NCBI RefSeq assembly: GCF_006345805.1
Contig: NW_021835650.1
Coordinates: forward strand, 1 to 26,062
Origin: Octopus sinensis
Taxonomy: Eukaryota
Direction: 5' to 3'
DNA length: 26,062 bases
Under the pieces are notes generated by a model, which was not told the origin of the DNA, ran no database searches, and was given only the letters and a program-made list of their open reading frames with translations. A program made the translations under genes and the position numbers. Of this stretch, positions 10,561-20,467 are shown one piece after another (the stretch's first letter is position 1; each line of letters begins with the position of its first letter).

Positions 10561-10753
10561 ACAACATGTGCATCGTTGGTGATTTTTTTCCCTCCGTCTT
10601 CCCCTTTTCTTGAACTTTCCTCCGTCTCTTGTTTCTGACGAAGCGCTTTGCTCGAAACGTAGAACTACCTTTCTTTCCTTCCCTGAGCGCCTGCTAATAC
10701 TTTGCATATACCACAACCTCGTGCTGTTGTTTTTCTCCTGTGTTTGTTCTTCG
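10561..10753 (+). mobile_element. Penelope-like terminal-repeat-type unit carrying a minimal hammerhead motif (unit 1)
   Basis: Contains gttt-CTGACGA-A-gcgctttgctc-GAAAC-GTA-gaac (10631-10665). Similar to the unit at 10851 around the motif (gctcgaaacgt, cctgagcg, ctaatac, accac). The Penelope assignment is inferred from the motif type. Confidence 0.6.
10631..10665 (+). ncRNA. Minimal type I hammerhead ribozyme motif
   Basis: Stem I GUUU/GAAC; CUGACGA box; extra A; stem II G(C)GC-UUU-GC(U)C with one mismatch; GAAA; loop-less palindromic ACGU stem III; GUA cleavage triplet. Confidence 0.65.
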
Positions 10754-10755
10754 TA

Positions 10756-10826
<71 letters not shown>

Positions 10827-10850
10827 CACACACATATATATATATATATA

Positions 10851-11063
10851 CGTCCGAGTCAGACGCCATGATAGATCGTTAGCTACTACACACATTTTTT
10901 TCTCTCCTTGTTTCTCTCCTTGTTTTTTCTGTGTACCTTTCTGTAGAAGAGCGTAGGCTCGAAACGTGAAAGACTTTTTCTATTCCTGAGCGATATACTA
11001 ATACATTTGTTTGTTTGTACACCACCTGCCTTCGTCTTTTGTTTATTTTCGTAAACTTTCCCT
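10851..11063 (+). mobile_element. Penelope-like terminal-repeat-type unit carrying a degenerate hammerhead motif (unit 2)
   Basis: cttt-CTGTAGA-A-gagc gtag gctc-GAAAC-GTG-aaag at 10937-10972. Stems I and II are perfect, but the core has A6 to U and a GUG triplet. Confidence 0.55.
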
Positions 11064-11209
11064 AGATATGTATATACATATACATATACTTTTCCTTTAT
11101 TCTTTACTTGCTTCACTCATTGGACTGCGGCTATACTGGGGGCATTCACCCAGCGTGTTGCACCTCAAGCCATATGACTGCGAAGCGCACTTCTTAACCA
11201 CATAATCTA

Positions 11210-11252
<43 letters not shown>

Positions 11253-11429
11253 TAATATATATATATATATAATATATATATATATTATACAACTGTTATA
11301 TTTACAAGTAAAGATAAAGTGCTCAATTCATAAATCAAATATTTATATTTTTATATTTTGAAGCGTACGCATAATTTCCCATTTCCGATTGTCGAAAAGA
11401 TAAAAAAAAAAAAAAAAAGATAATAGTGC

Positions 11430-11660
11430 GAAAATCTATATAACTGTGTCACACGATCACCAGACTATTGGTTGTTGTTACACACCGCTGGTCACAATGC
11501 TCTTTTTGTGATTGTTGTAACTTTCGAATGATGCCACCCCACTGGCTACGCGGACAGGTCAGCATTCCACCTGAATGGAACGTTAGTCTGTCTCAGGGTT
11601 AGTGAGTACAGTGAAGGAATGTGAAATGAACTGTTTTGCTCAAGAATACAAAACGACGTA
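11430..11660 (-). mobile_element. Old diverged SINE fragment
   Basis: aatgtgaaatgaactgttttgctcaagaatacaa resembles the reverse complement of the ttgtgt(c/t)cttgagcaagacactttatttcac module of families D and E. Confidence 0.5.
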
Positions 11661-11716
11661 AAATACATAAGCAAGAGAAGTGATTCTTGTTTATGAATCC
11701 TTAGTATTGCTGCTGA

Positions 11717-12101
11717 GGAGGCGCAATGGCCCAGTGGTTAGGGCAGCGAACTCGCGGTCGTAGGATCGCGGTTTCGATTCCCAGACCGGGCGTTGTGAGT
11801 GTTTATTGAGCAAAAACACCTAAAGCTCCACGAAGCTCCGGCAGGGATGGTGGTGATCCCTGCTGTACTCTTTCACCACAACTTTCTCTTACTCTTACTT
11901 CCTGTTTCTGTTGTACCTGTATTTCAAAGGGCCGGCCTTGTCACTCTCTGTGTCACGCTGAATATCCCCGAGAATTACGTTTAGGGTACACGTGTCTGTG
12001 GAGTGCTCAGCCACTTACACGTTAATTTCACGAGCAGGCTGTTCCGTTGATTGGATCAACCGGAACCCCTCGTCGTCGTAACCGACGGAGTGCTTCCATC
12101 C
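11717..12101 (+). mobile_element. SINE family C (tRNA-Arg-like head)
   Basis: Head ggaggcgcaatggcccagtggttagggcagc...ggtttcgattccc with A and B boxes; tail gtgcttccatcc; 10-bp TSD agtattgctg at 11703-11712 and 12102-12111. Confidence 0.93.
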
Positions 12102-12318
12102 AGTATTGCTGAATACACGGCTACTTTTTGAAATATGGAATGATATTTTAGGGTAGGCAGAAAATTCATAGAATTTCCGATCCAGTTGTTAGAAATTCTT
12201 TGATAGGTAGCGATGGAAATGTTTGCTATTCTCTATTCTCATCGTCTAATCCAATCTGGGTCCTTTATTTGAGAGTAGTTCTAGTTTATAGCTAGCTTTC
12301 CAATCAAATATATATATA

Positions 12319-12470
12319 TAACTTAGCGGTTCGGCAAAAGAGACCGATAGAATAAGTACCAGGCTTACAAAGAATAAGTCCTGGGGTCGACTTGCTCGAC
12401 TAAAGGCGGTGCTCCAGCATGGCCACAGTCACATGACTGAAACAAGTAAAAGAGTAAAGAGTAAAAGAGT
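12319..12470 (+). mobile_element. SINE family B, 3' fragment with (TAAAAGAG)n tail
   Basis: taacttagcggttcggcaaaagagaccgatag...gaaacaagtaaaagagtaaagagtaaaagag. Confidence 0.9.
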
Positions 12471-12584
12471 ATAATACTTTGTTGTATGTATGTAATGTAT
12501 GTATGCATGCATGTATGTATATATATATGTGTGTGCGCTCGTGTGTGTGTGTATGTGTGAGTGTGTATCTTTATGTCTATCAAG

Positions 12585-13000
12585 TGGCGGAGCGCAGGAT
12601 AAAGTGTAATAACCTTTCATGATCGAAGAGTTTCTAAGATCGATGACGTTCACATCGAACCTTTGTCGGTAGGAGCAGTGCACGCAGAAAAGTTAATTCC
12701 AGAGGGAAGCATTTCTGGAGATGAACGATTAGGGAAGAACTGTCTAATGCAATGTATGACAGAGCAGAGTTTAAAAGAGGTGGAAGAGAAGAAAATTCAT
12801 AGAGTTGGTTTAGGTAGAGGCGATACACAACTTGTTAGAGGAACAGAAGCCGTTGTCCTAACCGTAGAAGACTTTAAAAGAATGAAAAAGTGCGTTTTTG
12901 AATTTGCGTCATTTATTAAAATCGGCGTATCCAGTTTAATGAAGCCCTAACAATAGTGTCTGCGCATGCTATATCATGTTGGGCAGTTAGAGAAGGTTAG
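12585..13000 (-). pseudogene. Degraded LINE ORF2 C-terminal / 3' fragment (CR1/Jockey-like group)
   Basis: Minus-strand remnants resemble the LINE ORF2 C-terminus: VVYRLY (LFYRYY-like), FISRNASLWN (FFPRTxxLWN-like) and RFDVNVIDL. Many stops. Confidence 0.5.
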
Positions 13001-13059
13001 TCAGTTACTGTTGAAATCTCATCAAAGGCTGAAACTTGTATCGTTGATCCTTGTATACG

Positions 13060-13090
<31 letters not shown>

Positions 13091-13235
13091 ATAAAGAGTT
13101 TGCTGTTTACAACCAATCAGTGCATTCAAGTTTAATTAATTTACAAACGTAGACGAAAATGAGTCCATACAGGCAAAACACATAGACTTGTTCCTTTATC
13201 TTACACCTCACTCACAGTGTATGTATGTGTTCCTA

Positions 13236-13273
<38 letters not shown>

Positions 13274-13535
13274 CTCGCGCGCTGAAAATGTCTTGTGCGT
13301 GTATGTTTCTGAATGTCTTTCTCATTGCGATAAACAGTTTTTCTCCCCACCTCTAAAGCCAGACTGTATTTATCTCAACAACATATACTCTTCTCATCGC
13401 ATCCGCTTCTACTCGCTAACACACGCATATGCATCCCAAACAACGACATTCCTTAGACATTCTTTAACTTCGTAGAGATCCCTAACCGATCATTAATTAT
13501 TATACAGTTCTATATTTAAGAGATGAGGAATTATG

Positions 13536-13809
13536 TACATTATTTACAATTGACGGATATTTGTCCTCATTTTGTTTGTTGTTAACCCAACGTTTCGGCT
13601 GATATACCCTCCAGCCTTCATCAGGTATCTTGGGGGAAATTTCGAACCTGAGTTCTCATTCTTAAGGTATTTTTCGATGTTATTATAATTATTATTATTA
13701 TTATTATTATCATTATTATTATTATTATTATTCAGGTTACTGCCTTGAATCGAACTCGGAATCATGTGGTTAGTAGCCCGCGCTCTTAACCATTACATCA
13801 TATGCCCGT
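13536..13809 (-). mobile_element. tRNA-headed non-autonomous element with an (AAT)n linker and a hammerhead motif in its 3' part
   Basis: Minus strand: gggcatatgatgtaatggttaagagcgcgggctactaacc...gagttcgattc (A and B boxes), then (AAT)n, then gatac-CTGATGA-A-ggctg gagggtatat cagcc-GAAAC-GTT-gggt. Confidence 0.7.
13585..13628 (-). ncRNA. Minimal type I hammerhead ribozyme motif
   Basis: CUGAUGA at 13624-13618; extra A; 5-bp stem II GGCUG/CAGCC; GAAA at 13596-13593; palindromic AACGUU; GUU triplet. Stem I is imperfect in this copy. Confidence 0.65.
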
Positions 13810-13913
13810 GGTTCGAAATTTCCCCAAGACAAGGCTGGAGGGTATATCAACCGAAACGTTGTGTTAACAACAAACAAGATGACGACAAATATCCGTCAAT
13901 TGTAAATAATGTA
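13810..13913 (+). repeat. Inverted partial copy of the 3' part of the preceding element
   Basis: ggttcgaaatttccccaagac...ccgtcaattgtaaataatgta is the reverse complement of 13536-13648, apart from an 8-nt deletion and a few substitutions. Confidence 0.9.
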
Positions 13914-13969
13914 TTAATTATTAATACGAAAAATGCCGGAACTTCTATGCTGTCTTACGAACACCCAGT

Positions 13970-14985
13970 ATTAGCAGTTAAAAATCACCCAAATCAGAGT
14001 CGATTGTTTTAAAAAGGGAAGGACAAATTGGAAATTATCATCCCTGATTAGATAGAGTGGTCAGTGCTAGGACATCTCTGGACAGAGATCTTCTTGATTA
14101 GGGTTGACCTTGGGCTACGCAACAACAGAGATTATTAATTTTACGAAGCTAAAATAGATTCTTACTAGAGAAATGTACATAGAGACGGTGCATTCATTAG
14201 CTCTGCGTACATTCGAGACGACATATCCCAATAACAACCCCCATTCTGCGAGACAAACCATAGATATTTAATACTGTTAACTATTGACCTGTCAAGCCAA
14301 CTAAAAAGCCAGCCCGCAGTCCCTCGATTTGCTAAATATATCAAACAAATCCCACCAAGTTACACAATATCGCCATTAAAAAGAAGCACACATCAGACAA
14401 TGTAATCCAAGATAAACAAAAAGATAGGATAGTCATAGCTGGATCAATACTAATCTGCTCAAATCAGAGTTGAACAATAATTACTGATTTACTGCCAAAT
14501 AACCTTTATGTGTTATATATGTGACTAATTTGATGATTGTATTTCACGAGACCTATTACTGGTTGAAGATACGTCTCTACCATATAGAAATGTAGCAATG
14601 TAAAGTTAACTTGGTGTGGGTTCCGTCCCTTACCAAACAATACTCAACAAAGTGAGCTAACGAAAGCTACATTAGCGTTATCGTACTGCTGATGCTTATT
14701 TGAATTGTTCGTTGAATTGCTCCAATTATGAAGAGTTGCTTTACGGCCGTTTCATAGTCAAGTCGTTATTGTCGTTATGTGTTGTTGTTATATAACCCTT
14801 GGTCAACACCAGCCAAGCAGACCTGTGATCGGAGACATTTTTCCCATGACCATCTTTTTCTTTCTTTCTGATATATTGTGTACAGAAGTATAATACACAA
14901 TACGTTCCTACCTTGTTTTAAAGATAATGGGGTGTGATTTGAAGGAGATTTCACTGCTATTTCTATTAGGTTGAGCAGCCGCATA
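13970..14985. repeat. Cluster of old dispersed-repeat fragments (at least three related pieces near 13970-14130 +, 14330-14480 + and 14780-14985 -)
   Basis: Shared degenerate motifs aaatcacac...aaaaaggaaggacacattgg...taatgta and tcagggttgacc; a related fragment lies at about 23100-23165. Confidence 0.45.
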
Positions 14986-15347
14986 GAGGCTTACTTATTG
15001 GCTCGATTCAACTATCTTGGCTTGGCAAACAGCCGAAATGTCAATTGCAAGATTTCATTGAATACTTGCCTTGGTATCTTATTGATTACGACTTACCTGA
15101 TCTCACAATGATCATCTCACATAAACCAGATCGATATTCCTATTTCTTTACCCTCTTCAATCCTAATATGTAGCAGAAACTACACATTCAGCAAAATCTT
15201 GCAGGTTATTCATATACTCTTAACATATTTTAAGCTTTAGCAGCCGAAAGTGAGTATTTATCGGATTATCTTTACCAAGTTATTCATGTCCCTGAGTCTA
15301 ATATTACAATATTGCACACATACATAATCACAAACTTAAACATAATA

Positions 15348-15512
15348 GGAGCAGGAGTGGATGTGTGGTAAGTAGCTTGCTTACCAATCACATGGTTTCG
15401 GGTTCATTCCCACTGCGTGGCACCTTGGGCAAGTGTCTTCTACTATAGTCTCGGGCCAACCAAAGCCTTGTGAATAGATTTGGTAGACAGAAACTGAAAG
15501 AAGCCTGTCGTA

Positions 15513-15601
<89 letters not shown>

Positions 15602-15838
15602 ATGTATGCATGTACATTTGTGTGTCTGTGTTTGTATCCCCAACATCGCTTGACAACCGATGGTGATGTGATTACGCCCCAGTAACTTAGCGGTTCGGCA
15701 AAAGAGACCGATAGAATAAGTACTAGGCTTACAAAGAATAAGTCCTGAGGTCGATTTGCTCGACTAAAGGCGGTACTCCAGCATGGCCGCAGTCAAATTG
15801 TTGAAACAAGTAAAAAGGGTAAAGAGAGTAAAAGAGAG
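15348..15838 (+). mobile_element. SINE family B, full length, with an internal (TA)n(GT)n tract
   Basis: tRNA-like head, caccttgggcaagtgtcttctactatag module, internal microsatellite, 3' module and (TAAAAGAG)-type tail. Confidence 0.93.
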
Positions 15839-16233
15839 TACTGAACTCTGACTGAATGTAAGATGTATCAGAAGTGCCACACATAGATTTCTTTTCTGTT
15901 GCAGAATAAAAAGATGAAATTCCCCAATATAGTTTTATGTCGGTGGTATGTATAATCTCATACAAGTTAATTTATATGAGATAATCAAGTATAACATATA
16001 CGCGCTTTCGTTCAGTCGATCGACCATGCACGTCAGCAGGTTTGAAATTCATAGTACAATTTTTAGCAGAGTAAGCAGTGTACATTTTCGGTTGTTGTCT
16101 GTAATACATCAGGTACTTGGATGTGCCGACAAGTCGAAATTAGTTAGTTCTTTTTATTTAAGATCTACGTGGCGAATAATGCAAATTTTCCTTCTAGTAA
16201 ATCAAAGAACACCTCGTTGTTCATCCACATACA

Positions 16234-16622
16234 TTGGATTTGGAAGCACTCCGTCGGTTACGACGACGAGGGTTCCGGTTGATCCGAATCAACGGAACAG
16301 CCTGCTCGTGAAATTAACGTGTAAGTGGTTGAACACTCCACAGACACGTGTACCCTTAACGTAGTTCCCGGGGATATTCAGCGTGACACAGAGAGTGACA
16401 AGGCCGGCCCTTTGAAATACAGGTACAACAGAAACAGGAAGTAAGAGTGAGAGAAAGTTGTGGTGAAAGAGTACAGCAGGGATCACCACCATCCCCTGCC
16501 GGAGCCGCGTGGAGCTTTAGGTGTTTTCGCTCAATAAACACTCACTACGCCCGGTCTGGGAATCGAAACCGCGATCCTATGACCGTGAGTCCGCTGCCCT
16601 AACCACCAGGCCATTGCGCCTC
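16234..16622 (-). mobile_element. SINE family C, full length
   Basis: Reverse complement of the 11717 and 21253 copies; 12-bp TSD catc(c/t)acataca at 16222-16233 and 16623-16634. Confidence 0.93.
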
Positions 16623-16773
16623 CATCTACATACAATGAAACCACCCACCAAGCATCATCAAAGGTGTAACAATTATAGACATGTATTATGTCCTTTAAAT
16701 AAGTTACATTTATCTCTCACCAGATGGAGTACTTTCTTTTGTTGAAATTGTTATCGCGACACAATACGTTATA

Positions 16774-16996
16774 CAGTAATCCCTCGCCATATCGCGGTTC
16801 ACCTATTGCGATTTATTATTTAAGCTTACATCGATTCCTCTGCGGTGTTGTTTTGCATTTATAATAAAATAAATATATACAAATTATAAAAATAATAAAA
16901 AAAAAGATACAGTACAGAACTGTTTCTACTTCGCAAATTTTCACCAATCGCGGGGCGTTTTGGAACATAACACCCGCGATAGTCGAGGGATTACTG
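16774..16996. mobile_element. pogo/Tigger-like MITE (223 bp)
   Basis: TIRs cagtaatccctcgccatatcgcgg and ccgcgatagtcgagggattactg. TA on the left flank (16772-16773), TG on the right. No coding capacity. Confidence 0.8.
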
Positions 16997-17033
16997 TGTA
17001 TATATATAGTAATCCCTCGACTATCACAGGTGT

Positions 17034-17079
<46 letters not shown>

Positions 17080-17081
<2 letters not shown>

Positions 17082-17612
17082 AAATAAGAAAATGGAGAAA
17101 TACATCGAAATCAAATATCAATTACCAGATAATACTCAATCACATACTTTATTAAACCACCACATAAGAAACTATAAGGTTAGACATAATGATGTAGAAC
17201 AAAACAGTGTACATAAAGGAGTGTACATAAAAGAGTAATGTTATACAATAAGTAGAATATGTATAAGAGAATGTAAATATAAGTACATATAAATATAAAT
17301 ATAGACTACATCTTACAGCTGTTTCGGCCATGCAGATAAGTATGTCTCATACTTATCTGCATGGCCGAAACAGCTGTAAGATGTAGTCTATATTTATATT
17401 TATATGTACTTATATTTACATTCTCTTATACATATTCTACTTATTGTATAACAGTACTCTTTTATGTACACGTCTTTATGTACACTGTTTTGTTCTACAT
17501 CATTATGTCTAACCTTATAGTTTCTTATGTGGTGGTTTAATAAAGTATGTGATTGAGTATTATCTGGTAATTGATATTTGATTTCGACGTATTTCTCCAT
17601 TTTCTTATTTTG
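17080..17612. repeat. Near-perfect long palindrome (265-bp arms, 3-nt spacer)
   Basis: 17080-17344 is the reverse complement of 17348-17612 with 4 mismatches; spacer tct. Confidence 0.95.
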
Positions 17613-17817
17613 TATTATGAATTTGTGGTAAATCACTTTACCTTTGCCCATATAATACAGTAAATGAAATAATTGCATCGCAATTCTTAACATTTATTTA
17701 TTAACTTTGTTGGGTACTTCACTGGCAGTATATTGGATATATGTTATCCCATGGAGGGTTGCATTTACAACCCCTATGTCAATTTGTATGTATATATATA
17801 TATATATATATACGAAA

Positions 17818-18110
17818 ACACATGGCTTAGTGATTAGGGTGTTGCACTCACGAATGCGAGATCGTGGTTTCGATTCCGACAATGGGTATTGCGTTGTGTT
17901 CTTGAGCAGATGACTACGGTTTGTGTTTTTCGCCGATCATTTCAATATCCCACATGTGGCATGTGCACCTGTACAGGTAATGTCGATTTGATGGAGTGAG
18001 CGAGCTTATCTGCGGCACAAATATTTGTTCACAATAAACTAATCATCTGTGTGCTTGTTCAGTAAGAAATTGCAGAACCTTCCTACATCGTATAATGACG
18101 GGAGAGTTCA
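17818..18110 (+). mobile_element. Old tRNA-derived SINE copy
   Basis: catggcttagtgattagggtg...ggtttcgattccg head and gcgttgtgttcttgagcag module. The 3' boundary is uncertain. Confidence 0.55.
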
Positions 18111-18147
18111 TAATATATATAAATATATAATATATTATTATAATATC

Positions 18148-18480
18148 GGGACCCCCTCCGGTCACTGACCATGGGATTGCAACTAGAAAGTTACCCTCCT
18201 AGTCACAAGTCCGGGCAAGGTTGTTTATGGAAGACCAGCAGTCGCCCATGCATACCGGCCTCCCCTCTCCACGGCACCAGTGTTATCCAAGGGAAAGGCA
18301 ACAGCAGATACAGCTTGGCACCTGTGACGTCGCAACTCATTTCTGCAGCTGAATTGACTGGAGCAACGTGAAATAAAGTGTCTTGCTCAAGAACACAACA
18401 CGCAACCTGGTCCGTAATTCGAGCTCACAACCTCACGATCGTAAGCTCGACGCTCTAACCACTGAGCCATGCGCTTTCAC
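18148..18480 (-). mobile_element. SINE family D, full length
   Basis: tRNA head (minus: gcgcatggctcagtggttagagcg) and ttgtgttcttgagcaagacactttatttcacg module; homologous to 20773-21104. Confidence 0.9.
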
Positions 18481-18565
18481 TATAATATAATATATTATAA
18501 TATGATATATATGTATATATAGGCAAAATATAGAGGAATTAAATAAGCGCTAGACCGAAATAAAT

Positions 18566-18894
18566 TAAAAGACTCCGCCGGTTACGACGACGAGGGTCCC
18601 AGCTGATACGATCAACGGAACAGCTTGCTCGTGAAATTAACGTGCAAATGGCTGAGCATTCCACAGACACGTGTACCCTTAACGTAGTTCTCGGGGATAA
18701 TCAGCGTGACACAGAGAGTGACAAGGCTGACCCTTTGAAATACAAGTACAACTCATTTTTGCCAGCTGAGTGGACTGGAGCAACGTGAAATAAAGTGTCT
18801 TGCTCAAGGACACAACGCGTCGCCGGGAATCGAACTCACAACTTTACGATCATGAGCCGAATGCCCTAACCACTAAGCCACGCGCCCTCACTAT
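18566..18894 (-). mobile_element. SINE family E (5' half like family D, 3' half like family C)
   Basis: 12-bp TSD accgaaataaat at 18554-18565 and 18895-18906; modular homology is visible directly. Confidence 0.9.
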
Positions 18895-19285
18895 ACCGAA
18901 ATAAATACAGAGGTTGTAATTAGAAACCTGTGAAGCCGATGCTGGAGCAATTGCCGCAGTCTACTGAAACCAGTAAACCAATGATGGAATAAATGAAAAT
19001 GTATGGAATATGGAGTCGTGGATGAGTAAAAGGTTGTATACACGTGTGTGTGTGTGTGTTTGTGTGTGTCTTCCTTGTTTTAGAATGTTTCTTGTTTAAT
19101 GCATGCGCCAAAAGCTGCTCTGCAGGCAGGTAATTATTATTTGGTTTTGTTTGTTTTTTTTTTCATATATATTTTTGTTGAAGCTTCGAAGTATCTGGAG
19201 TGGACACTTCTACAGAGAGAATTGCTTGTTGAGTGGTTGTTCCAAAACTGTTGCAGGCTAATTCTCAGTTTGTTTTTCTCTTTCC

Positions 19286-19286
<1 letters not shown>

Positions 19287-19350
<64 letters not shown>
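19287..19350. repeat. (TTTC)n microsatellite
   Basis: Directly visible. Confidence 0.95.
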
Positions 19351-19352
<2 letters not shown>

Positions 19353-19707
19353 ATTTCGTTCTTACCTCCAACCTCTGTGTTTTTTTTTCTCTCGCTCTCC
19401 ATCTCTCTCTAGCATTCTTCTCGCTTCCTCTTACTCTCTATGCATGTAATATTAAATGTTTGATTTCAGAAGAAGTAACAAATAATATCAAAATGATAAT
19501 AAAGCAGACAGGAAGATAGAATGCGATATTCAAGCAGGCGGATCTGGAAACAGGTGTGAAAGAATGAAGTTTGGAAGGCATTCAACGATAATTGCTGTTG
19601 TAAAGTGATAAGACAAACAATAAGTTCTTTCGAATTTGAAACTCTTTAACTCTTAAAAAAGAAATCATTCGTTTTTTTTTTTTGGTTTTTTTCATAAGAA
19701 AAAAAAA

Positions 19708-20263
19708 TTTTCTACTCTAGGCACAATGCCTGAAATTTTGGGGGAGGAGGGGCCAGTCGATCACGTCGACTTTTGTACGCAACTGGTACTTAATTCATTC
19801 ACCTTGAAAGGATGAAAGGCAAAGTCGACCTCGGCGGAGTTTGAACTCAGAACGTAGCGGCAGACGAAATACCTGTTTCTTTATTACCCACAAGGGGTTA
19901 AACACAGAGAGGACAAACAAGGACAGACAAACGGATTAAGTCGATTATATCGACCCCAGTGCGTAACTGGTACTTATTTAATCAACCCCGAAAGGATGAA
20001 AGGCAAAGTCGACCTCGGCGGAATTTGAACTCAGAACGTAGCGGCAGACGAAATACGGCTACGCATTTCGCCCGGCGTGCTAACGTTTCTTATTTCTTTA
20101 CTACCCACATGGGGCTAAACACAGAGAAGACAAACAAGGACAGACAAACGGATTAAGTCGATTATATCGACCCCAGTGCGTAACTTGTACTTAATTTATC
20201 GACCCCGAAAGGATAAAAGGCAAAGTCGACCTCGGCAGAGCAATTCGCCCGGCGTGCTAACGT
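19708..20263 (-). mobile_element. Second head-to-tail trimer of SINE family A
   Basis: Junctions at 19871/19872 and 20090/20091. The terminal unit has the alternative tail (ctactctaggcacaatgcctgaaattttggggg); the first unit has an internal deletion in the head. Confidence 0.88.
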
Positions 20264-20467
20264 GTAAGGGAGACGTATTATTAGCTGAATCGGGTATAGT
20301 GCACACCTAGTGTATTTCATAGACACGAGACGGATGAAAAGTAATGTAGACTGCGGAGTGATTTGACCTCAGAATATAAATAGAAAAGGGATGTATAAGC
20401 CTTAAAACAATTAGTTTGACACACCACCGTATCTACCCTAGATTAAGGCTTTTGTAATTCTATCCAG

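Noticed and set aside
10072-10956. Long ORFs rich in YI/SIYL/VC repeats (also near 4569-5138, 15381-15685 and 19099-19449)
   Set aside because: They are translations of microsatellites that lack stop codons, not proteins.
11717-11795. tRNA-like sequences at SINE heads (also near 21255, 24288, 18400-18480 and 18810-18890)
   Set aside because: They continue into SINE bodies bounded by TSDs and have degenerate stems, so they are SINE heads rather than tRNA genes.
11799-11984. Recurrent ORF MFIE(Q/R)KHLKLHEAPAG... at four loci
   Set aside because: It recurs only because it lies inside SINE family C; there is no coding signature.
12663-12950. 95-aa plus-strand ORF
   Set aside because: Antisense to a degraded LINE fragment; no recognisable homology.
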